Shown here: positions 38,001-64,000 of the stretch, in pieces
Layout of the letters: every line of letters starts with the position of its first letter
How positions within the stretch are numbered: position 1 is the first letter of the stretch
Origin: Phoronis australis
Taxonomy: Eukaryota; Animalia; Phoronida
Direction of reading: 5' to 3'
DNA length: 64,000 bases
NCBI GenBank assembly: GCA_002633005.1
Contig: NMRA01000291.1
Span: 388,825-452,824, forward strand
Position numbers and translations under genes: made by a program
Notes under the pieces: model-generated
What the model was told of the DNA's origin: nothing
The model's input: only the letters and a program-made list of their open reading frames with translations
Database searches by the model: none

Positions 38001-39585
38001 GATGCAGTCACCTGATATCTGTGCAGTTACTGTTTGCAGTATGTCATCCATTCCATGAGCGGCGTTTCGCCTTTTTCACACGAGATTTGCACAATTATGG
38101 TATATAATCAGCAATTTAACAGTGTGCGTTAATTAGATATTGTAAATATAGACGCTGATGATGACCAATAGGGTAGACTTTAACTTACACGCATTAGGCA
38201 AACTCTTGATTGGAATGTTTCTATGATGTATCGCTGTTAACATTCTAAACAGAGTCTGTTATAGTGAGGTTCAACTGTAATTGAGCTTTGACTGTTACTG
38301 ATTTCAGCATCCAATTGAAAGGTGGTTCGCCAAGTATATCTACAGTGGCCCAGAGCGTGAATATGAAAAGCACATGCAAGTCATCAATGATGAAGCAATG
38401 AGAGCCAAACTAGGGTCAGGATTTCAATACTCTGCATTGCTCTTGTGTTAGGAAGACATAATAAATTGTCTTGTGAAGTCTTGCTATTGCAAAAGTCATT
38501 TAGAAGTTTCACATAATACAATTTTCTGTCGAGGCATTTCAACCCCAAACCTCGCATGTCTGAACCATTATTTACTTGACTGAAGTTAGGAAGTCTTGGT
38601 TTATGTGTACCTAACTCATTTCTTGGGCTAAAAGGCTTCGATTTGTGACAGCTGAATTAGACAAAAAGACCTTTCCGGAAAATCCCAGATGTGCTGTTGT
38701 AGATAATGAGTGAAGAAACAGATTTAGTGAGTTTCATGTGGAAATGTTCATGCCTGTTAAAGTTGGTTTAAAACGAGAAAGGCGAATCTTTATGATATAG
38801 GTACATTTCAATTTCTTGAGGTCCGTGAAAGCAGTCCACAAATCATTGTACCAGCACGCAGCATGGTATAATGTGCATTGGAAATGAGGCTAATCGGGGG
38901 GTCTCTTTCGTGAACAGTGGCGCAAGACTTGGTCAGAAATTTGGTCTTACACTCCACATATTGACTATTTCTGAGAAATATTTAATCTCACTTTAGCAAA
39001 AATACACGTCTCTGAGGGTATGTCCATACTTCTAGTTACTGAGATAATTTGTGTAAATTATTGCTATGTTGTCATGTGCTATTAATTACAAGTCAGACTA
39101 AACCTTTATTTGTATAAATTATTGCTATGTTGTCATATGCTGTTAATTACAAGACTAAACCTTTATTCAGTAGTTGTGAAGTGGCAGCAAGACCAAATGT
39201 CTGTCTTAAAGTCACTTTTCATGAAAGCCCTGGTTCTACTTTTATCATTGAATCCTGAAACTGATTTTAATATTTCTTTGTTTTTTCTTTCAACTTATCA
39301 AGGTGACAGCCATCAACTTAGTATGCCTTCTTTGGTTTAATTGCTTCAAATGACTGCAAAATGCAGCATTGGATACTTATCAAAACTTGTGTTGGCCTGT
39401 CTTTGCCGTCTGTGTTAGCTTATTGTTACTGGTTTTACAGAAAACGCGATGCCAAGGTCAAAGAACTGATGCGAATGAGAGGCGACTACAAAGCTTGGTA
39501 TTATTTCCCAACAGATGTTGCTCAGCTTGAGCAGGCACGCAAAGACGTCAGGCTACAAGAGTATGAACATGGCACAAAGAGTTAG
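31910..39585 (+). CDS. NDUFB5: NADH:ubiquinone oxidoreductase subunit B5 (SGDH), complete spliced CDS, 6 exons, 576 nt / 191 aa
   Basis: Exons 31910-32018, 36479-36564, 37242-37308, 37730-37791, 38308-38414, 39441-39585; GT-AG, in frame. Mitochondrial presequence, VIRP, TM segment GIIPLGAIIIYANVFIG, AELADIPEGYEPEFHEYY-HPIERW, LMRMRGDYKAWYY. Confidence 0.96.
32553..34508 (-). mobile_element. ~1.96-kb Kolobok-like non-autonomous DNA transposon in NDUFB5 intron 1
   Basis: TTAA on both sides (32549-32552, 34509-34512); TIR ggtaggtgtatacac...gtgtatccacctacc; GG..CC termini; decayed transposase-like fragments on minus at ~33760-34050. Confidence 0.85.
36479..36564 (+). CDS. NDUFB5: NDUFB5 exon 2 (ALRQMGHGPRKMVIRPGRLEWDQFKDEA)
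   Basis: Acceptor ctttttag, donor GCA|gtaagt. Confidence 0.93.
37242..37308 (+). CDS. NDUFB5: NDUFB5 exon 3 (transmembrane helix)
   Basis: Acceptor gtttcag, donor G|gtatgt; HFFFMLGIIPLGAIIIYANVFI. Confidence 0.93.
37730..37791 (+). CDS. NDUFB5: NDUFB5 exon 4 (KAELADIPEGYEPEFHEYYS)
   Basis: Acceptor gtgcag, donor AGT|gtaagt. Confidence 0.95.
38308..38414 (+). CDS. NDUFB5: NDUFB5 exon 5 (HPIERWFAKYIYSGPEREYEKHMQVINDEAMRAKL)
   Basis: Acceptor atttcag, donor GG|gtcagg. Confidence 0.93.
39048..39167. repeat. ~61-bp two-copy tandem duplication in NDUFB5 intron 5
   Basis: tttgt.taaattattgctatgttgtcat.tgct.ttaattacaag...actaaacctttatt occurs twice. Confidence 0.8.
39441..39585 (+). CDS. NDUFB5: NDUFB5 exon 6 (KRDAKVKELMRMRGDYKAWYYFPTD...stop)
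   Basis: Acceptor ttttacag; frame of ORF 39361..39585. Confidence 0.94.
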
Positions 39586-39803
39586 TTGAAGCTGGCAGTA
39601 AACTGGATAGACTATAGACAAGAGTATTAGAGCTATTTATTGAGAAGCATGTCATCCTGGTTCAGCATTGCTGGAGTCCTAGCCAGGCCGATTTTTAGCA
39701 CTATACAGTTTTGGTAGAGTGCAGTGCAAAACTGCTTGATCTGGAACTCAAGTGAGGCAAGCGTGTTGAGTTATCTGCCATGCAATGTAGACCTGTTTGT
39801 GAT

Positions 39804-39809
39804 AATAAA
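39804..39809 (+). terminator. Candidate NDUFB5 polyadenylation signal AATAAA
   Basis: First AATAAA, ~220 nt after the stop codon. Confidence 0.5.
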
Positions 39810-40619
39810 ATGCATTTTATGAGGTTACACGTTTCAAAGCAAACACATTTGAAACACATAGCATTAACCACAGTGCACATAAATTTGTATAAAGTTGCAT
39901 AAAATATTACATTTTTATTGGCATGGACAACTTTTGAATTGGACCACTTGGGGCTTTCGAAGTGATTATTTCTTATTGCTTCAAGGTATTCACCTTTGCA
40001 CCGAAAGTAATGCAGCATTGATGCTGGGTTTGTTGGATATTTAATTATGTCCGACCCTAGAAAAATGTCTTAAATAAACTTTTGGCATTCTATCAAAAAT
40101 GGTTGATCGTATTCAAATGAAACTTTCAGGTACTATGGTTTGTGCACTGTTCTCTAAAATCCTGGGTTCCAAAATGGTACTTCTCAGCGTCGGGGTTCTT
40201 CAAAACTATGATGTGTATAGTTGCATAAAATGAGAACTAAATGGTAATATAGAAAACTGTTAGCCTTTTTGAGACTCCTTGATTTCTAAGGTTTCAGTGT
40301 GCTTGGTAACCAGTTTAGAGGAAGAGCAACGGCACAATAGGACATGTAATGCTTTTATTTTGTTTCTTTCACCAAAACATTAATAGAAGAGAATGGACGG
40401 ATATCTTACAATTATGCTTTCCTGGGATTCTAAAGTTAGAGCGGTTATAAACCAGCCTTGCATTACAAAAACTTCATTTAGATCACTTGCCATTGTGAAA
40501 TTGGCCTCAGATTGTTCCAGAGTCAAATTGGAGATGATTACAGGACTTTGAAAGATTGGTTGAGCCCAGGCTTCACAAGTTGTCTTGTCATTGCGGGTCA
40601 TTTTATACACTGAGGCAAG

Positions 40620-40700
40620 ATCTCCAGCAATAGTAAACTCATTTTTCAAGCCCAGACGTCACCTCTAATTTGACTAAGGAACAATTTGAGACCAAATTCA
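40620..40700 (-). repeat. Short dispersed repeat; other copies at ~53030-53106, ~55010-55086 and ~58361-58440 (+)
   Basis: Shared tggtctcaaattgttccttagt....gaggtga..tc.gggctt core. Confidence 0.65.
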
Positions 40701-43544
40701 TAATGATAACTGGTCCAAATCAAAAATTGGCTTATTTGACGGAACATGGGCTTATACCCACTCGTATATAAAGTGAAAACCCAAATACGTAAGCTTTATA
40801 ACTGTTTGATGTCGCATCTTTCAACCAATAAAGACCGACAAAACAAGTGGATTTCCGCCATCGTCAATTGTAGCAACAGTCAATGGGAAAAAGCAAGCAT
40901 GTGACCTGTAAAGCTTCAAGAAACAAGAAATGTGCTAGCCTTCCAAAAGCAACCTATAAGTAAGCTGACTGGTATTACCAGGTCTTATATTCATAGTTTG
41001 CATCAACAGCATCTAAAAGAATGAGCGATACAGTGTATCAATTCTTATGACTGGCATGCCATATTCAAGATATTAGTTTATCACAGGAAACTGTCAGATT
41101 TCAATTTGGCATCAAAACAAAGTAAAAAAGGTTCAAGCGAAAGTAAGCAGAATGTTGAATTATAATCGTGACAATTAGATTATAATTGATGCAAAGCCAA
41201 GTTACACTTGTGTGCAATAACAGCCAAAAGGAATACAGAAAATTAGCAGAACTGGCAGGTAAAGTTACAAAAAATATTTTTCATGTTGTTACAATATTGT
41301 AAAAATCATCCATGGAAGCTTGATAAGTGCGTTAGAAAATAACTACACCTACCACAAGAAAATCTAAATTTTGCCAAAATGACATTAAATGCGTCATTAT
41401 GATATATAATTCTGGTTAAATAAAGTGCTAATTTATCAACATTTCCCGTGCAATTGAACAGAGACAAACACAGGCCTAAAGATATACATGAACAACAACA
41501 ACAGTTTGATAACATTTACAACAAAGGCACATTGGAGTTGACTAAGTTTTACTCATCAGTCCTAACATCAACCAAATCAAGCATAAAAATGAACTTAAAA
41601 AAGTACAATTCCCTTACAAAATCTAAGAAAGATGCCAGAAAAACACCAATAACCCCTTCATAGTCTCATCAGAACAGGCTCTTCACCACTATTGAATTCT
41701 GAACCTAAGGTTATAAAACATAACACGCTCATCCAATCTTGAATTTCAGGGTTGTCCAACCCCAATAAACCCTGAAGTATTTTCTTGAATTGGTGATGGT
41801 TTCCATGTTTTTGTTGGTAAAAAGCCCGATTCGATTTTCATTTTTAGCCAGCGAAACAGGGAGATTAGTGCAGGTTGAATTGATTTATTTAACATTTATC
41901 AATTTTGACTTGAACTAAAAACTGAATTTAGATACTTTTAAGTATTTAAAAATAAGAAGTTCAATGCTAGATAGTACCTTGAAGATTATAGACACAACTG
42001 CACATTGTAACGGTCACATGCATAATCTAATACACAATCACTTATTACTGTAGTGCACAAAATATACAATACAATCACATCACAGCCCTCATTGGCCTAA
42101 TCTATTTTACAATACACATTCGACTGCAGATCACATGGTCCTGCAAATTACCTCTGGAATAATAACACACACTCACATCTGGCAAAGATGATCAGTTCTA
42201 CCCAGAAAATCTACACAAATCAATTATGGGAGATTTCAATACATATATGTAGTCAGTGGGTGAAAACAAGGGAAAGATTCTCCAAAAACACCAAGGGCAT
42301 TCACTTGGGGAACTGGACCTCCAAATTTAAAACGAAACTACATTTTCAATCTTTAAACAGTTCCCATTACGAAAAATAATTCAGGACTCATTGGAATTTT
42401 ACATTCATGCCCTGGCCACATCATTAATAAACCTGAGTGTAAATTTGACAATGACAAACCTACGCCCACGCCCATGTATGGCTTTGAAGCCAAGTATTCA
42501 ACCCGACGTATACATAAATCTCCTGTAAGTTATTCAAAATCCCTTTAAAGTGTGAACTCCTTACAAACTAGCACACAGAAAACTCATATAATCACTTTGG
42601 GTTTGACACGACTGTATTACAGAACTGCAAGAACAGACTAGCATCAACTGAAATAGACTCACCTTCACATGAAAAAAGAGCCGGTCACAGTGCTCTGTCA
42701 ACATAATACACTACATTTCTACGAATGGATAACTACCAGAAAAATCCACCTAGTTTAGGGCACAACGTGTCAAAAACCTGGAATTTCATTTCATCAAACT
42801 TCTCGGGGAAAATAAATGTTAAGACTGCTTTATAAAACATCGGCATGTGTAGCAATGTAGTCCTTGCATGTCTCAAAAAAGCTTTTTGTCTCAAATTGAA
42901 TAGTTTTTATCATTTGTACTGGATACTAATTGAGCCATCTCCTAACAATAGCATTTACATCTTGAATTCATTACAGGCTCATCCACCAACTATTGCAGGA
43001 AATGAAAACAAAAGTCTTGTAAAATAAATATGGAATGATAAGAAGCAGTTCAACAAATGAGAAATCAAAAGAATAAATGCGAAGGCTAATCTTTAAGATT
43101 GTCGAGCTCAACAGGTGATACAATATATGGTAAGTTATTCAATCATGACCACTGACCTGTAAATAGTAAACATCCAAAAATTGTAATTTGCAGAGAATCT
43201 AAGTTAACAGGACACGAGTACAAAATCCATTGTCTAGCTTATTCCTACATGAGAAACTGGAGATAGAAAAACAGAACACTGAATCTGATTTAAAAACAAC
43301 AAAAAGCGAATTCCCTGCTGGCAAATTTACGTTAACCCTTTCATTGTCATTCACATTCATAAAAACTCTTGATTTTCCCCTTAATTGGCCTTTTCTGTTC
43401 ACAAAATTCCCTTGAGCAATATCTTGTTCAGACTTGGCAGATGTAGCGATACCACTTGTTATAAATTGTTCAAAACCGTAACTTTTCCAGCTGAGACTCA
43501 TTCGAACACGCAAAAGTTTCATCATACATGGACTCCAGCCCACG

Positions 43545-60657
<17,113 letters not shown>

Positions 60658-60659
60658 GG

Positions 60660-61070
60660 TTAGACGTCGTAAGAAGAATTAAGTATGACTGTGTAAAACG
60701 AGAGAGCGTTCACTTCCTAGCACCCAAATGTCAACAACTTTCCAAGATGGCCGAAACAGAATAAGAAAAGTAGTCCAGAATTGGTGTTCCTTAATTTTCT
60801 TAATTGTAAAACATATAGCAAGTTCAATCAAACTTTCATGCATGGAAACAAAATTTTAATAACATTCATAATATCTAACAAGGTGTTATAATGTTTATAT
60901 TTATGCCTGCGTCAAAATACTTTACCTAAAAATTCGCCGGAAACTGCACTATCGCCACCTGGTGGTTGTTTACTTTGGAGCAGGATAGTCGGAGTGGCGG
61001 AGAACGTGATGGTCTATCTTTCGTTTACTTATTAATTTCTGTTTCATGTCAACACTGCTCAACATAAAGG
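60660..61070. promoter_or_regulatory. Candidate bidirectional promoter PDE6D / PEX5
   Basis: Local CpG rise; YY1-type CAAGATGGCCG at 60743-60753; CTCF-like CCACCAGGTGGCG (minus) at 60953-60965; genes diverge from here. Confidence 0.5.
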
Positions 61071-63508
61071 TAGTTGTTTGGCGCATGGAATCATATATTC
61101 GCTAATGCAATTGTTCTTAATATGTGCTTGCTTGTTATTTATTTATTAGCAAGATGAATTTGTTTTTGCATTTCATTCGCTTTCACTGATTTAGCCAGGC
61201 AGTGAGAGAGTTGAATATTAGATTAGGATTTTTATACTTTCCTTGAAGTCATGGTTCTCTTATGAGGCACATGGAATTCCGTGTAACACTACTTAGACTA
61301 GCCATTTAGATAGCTGTATGTAAACTATTGTCAAAATACAGCTGACTGTGTGACGAGCCCTGTTAGTGTGCTAGACCCTAAAATTTCACAAAACCTGGGT
61401 AGTCGTCACCTCGTGAAAGTAATATCAACATATGTAGCTAAGAACCAGCAAGGGTACATGTAAAATCTGGGAGTCAACCGACTTTCACCTTGCCCGTTGC
61501 AGCCATTTAAGTGAAAAACAATCTAATAAACATCATTTTCTTCCATAATTCTCTCCAGTTGTTTCTCCAGGAGTGGGAAGTGGCATCACAGGCAGCGAGT
61601 AATGTTTGTTCATGTGAGCAAATAAATATGTCCTTGAGTTGCTAAATGCAGTCTTAGAGTAGTTGACAACTCCGTGGAGGCAAATTATAGCAAGCGTAAT
61701 TGAAGAATTTTGTGCAGGGGCAGGCCCAAGCAACGCACGTGCCAGTCCCCATGTGGCGAGACCGGCTCAACCGCTAGTTGGCTCACCATGAACTGCCAAA
61801 CAACATGTTGTGGAAGTCAACATTTTGTGATTCAGCTAAAAAAGCTGAAACAAAAGCTTGGTAAAGAACTGTTTCAAATCGAGATTGAAAGGTTTAGAAA
61901 CTGTCTGTAGATAGCCAGTATTGAATATTCTATTAATATGTGTTATGAAAATGTCTATTAGGCGGATGTAGTGAAGAACATTTACTACATGGACATTCTC
62001 CAACTGCAAATTTGGTTTTGAAAACAATTATCACCCAAAAGCATTTGAGGAGGAAAGATGGAGGTGTGTTGTTCATGACTACCTTGGCCTAGGGAATGCA
62101 AATCTTGGTTATCAAATAAACTTACAAGAAAGGGAATCAAGCGGCATTAATGATGCTCGGTTATCAAAATCATAAATGGTCGCTTGACATTGTCTTTGAT
62201 GCCAACAATATTACAGAATGTCATATGCATTTTTGACTGAAAACAACCCTCATATCAGTGATATGGTAGGCTTGGCTTACACAGTACATGGCTCACGGGC
62301 ACGCAAGTCTAGATGTCTTGCGTCTGCATTTAAAAAAATCTTTGATTTTCTTTCTATGCTCGCAGTCTTTGGACCAGGTTATAATTTTGAATTTGCCGTC
62401 TTAAAAAGTTATCGGTTTGAGATGAACACTGAGGTTTATAGAAACAACTTTGTATGTCATTGCGACAGTAAAACTGTCAAGGTGTTTCGACCTTGTTGCT
62501 GGTCTACACGTGTAACTCTTCTTACAGTAGTACATTTGCATGACTCAATGCATAGTTGAATGGTATTTATGGTCAGTCAGTGTTAGAAAAGTGCTTGTTG
62601 GATGGAGCAGTGATAAGTGACCTATGGTAATTTTGTGCAGATAAGGCTGTAATCATTCTGGTGCACATTCAAGCCTTTGGTGATCTATAATCTTGACCTT
62701 CCAGAGGAGATTATTTTTGTCTCGTGTTGCAGATTAGTATTTATTTGGTTTACTATGTCATCATAAAACATTTTGGCTTTTCGTTTAATGTGTTTAGTGA
62801 AGTTTTGTGAAATAGGTGTTTTCATTTTAATTCCATTAAGTGCATGGATGTTCATATGCACCAAAGTTGAGTGACCGGACTGGATTTGGCAACCTGCACG
62901 TCACCAATGCAACCTCAGATTTTGTTTGGCGCCATGCACACATCCAAGCAAACAACAGAAAGTAAATAATCGAGAGGTGGAATCGTTTGGCGAAAACGGA
63001 AGAGTCCATTCATGACTTGTGTACAAATGTCCTGATCGTCTGCCATTTGCATTAGGTAGACTGATCTCGGATGTTTTGGATTGCCGGGTCTCACTTGGCG
63101 AGTAGACGTTATGTTAAGTAACATCGGGCCTGGGTGACTTACTGAGTTTAATGTCTAAGCTACTAATCATTGAAGTATATTCAGTGCTTGGGACAACAAC
63201 TAAAGCCATCAGCTACTGCATGCCTGCAGTAATTTGATAGTTTTTGCTTTTTCTATGATGAAATATTTAGTAAGAAGATAACTGATGTATCACCAGCTGG
63301 CAGTTGACCTATGAATCAAACCCTGATTTTGTTTTAGTGCAGATGTCATAACTACCCCTAATTTTTCCTCGACATGTTAGACATTTGACCATGAAGGTGA
63401 AGCTGCCATTTGGTACAGTGTTCCTGAATACATTTTTTTGTAAATTCCAGAGCAGAGCATGTAACTATGAGCAATCTAGACTGAAGTGTGGCCATAGTTA
63501 GTGTTACC

Positions 63509-63604
63509 ATGGCGATGCGAGATTTGGTAGATGGTGAATGTGGAGGGGCAAATGCCCTGATGAAGCTGACCTCTCACTATACCCAAGACCGGTCCAGGAG
63601 ACAG
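63509..63604 (+). CDS. PEX5: PEX5 (PTS1 receptor) first coding exon; gene continues beyond the window
   Basis: accATGG; [32 protein letters not shown] matches the PEX5 N-terminus (human [28 protein letters not shown]) including Cys11; donor CAG|gtgaga; upstream acceptor aattccag ending at 63450. Absent from the ORF track. Confidence 0.93.
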
Positions 63605-64000
63605 GTGAGATGCTGGCTGTAATGTACTGGGAAATTCTTGTCAAATTGTATGAGCTAAAATTTAATTCAGTTACTGAATATCTGACTTCCAGGATTTCGG
63701 TGTATGACATGTCTAATGGAAATTCAAGTGAGCTTGATAAATCAATGATTTTATGTTTTCAATAAATTTATTGTTGAATAAATTAATGAAATTCAGTTGG
63801 TGTTATATTTAACAGGCATTTAACTATTAACTCCATTGTGTCTTAATTACCGAATGCTAAGTTTGAGTAAGTAATTGTTTTCTGCGGGGTGGGTGTTATT
63901 GTAAAAGATCTGAGCAGTTTTCAATACTTAACATATTTGGAATATTAATGTACATATTTTATACTAGTTCAGAGGAAACATTTTATTCGGACAGGACAGT

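Noticed and set aside
60747-60764. caagATGGCC as the start of a plus-strand gene
   Set aside because: It stops after five codons; better explained as a YY1-type promoter motif.

Overview
AT-rich, intron-containing animal genomic DNA, probably a non-vertebrate bilaterian given its mosaic CpG pattern. It is not prokaryotic, so most ORFs in the six-frame track are spurious. Reading exons and splice sites by hand gives four protein-coding genes. (1) A complete Notum Wnt deacylase on the minus strand, 13 coding exons, 847-14434, 581 aa. (2) A complete NDUFB5 complex I subunit on the plus strand, 6 exons, 31910-39585, 191 aa. (3) A complete PDE6D prenyl-binding protein on the minus strand, 6 exons, 43545-60657, 148 aa, with a U12-type first intron and a 26-nt microexon. 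(4) The first coding exon of PEX5 on the plus strand at 63509-63604, head-to-head with PDE6D. The ~17 kb between Notum and NDUFB5 is gene-free and CpG-rich and carries TCF/LEF-type motifs. Non-autonomous DNA transposons include a Kolobok-like TTAA element, Harbinger-like CWG MITEs and MITEs with 5-bp target duplications. The most notable points are in Notum: the oxyanion/lid motif reads GGGY instead of GGWY with further pocket substitutions, there is a ~113-aa polybasic insertion, and one exon end is the terminal unit of an intronic tandem repeat. A ~2-kb tandem duplication of the PDE6D microexon flanks a single N and is most likely a haplotype assembly artefact. I found no convincing wholly new multi-gene system. 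Homology calls come from recalled family motifs, not database searches.
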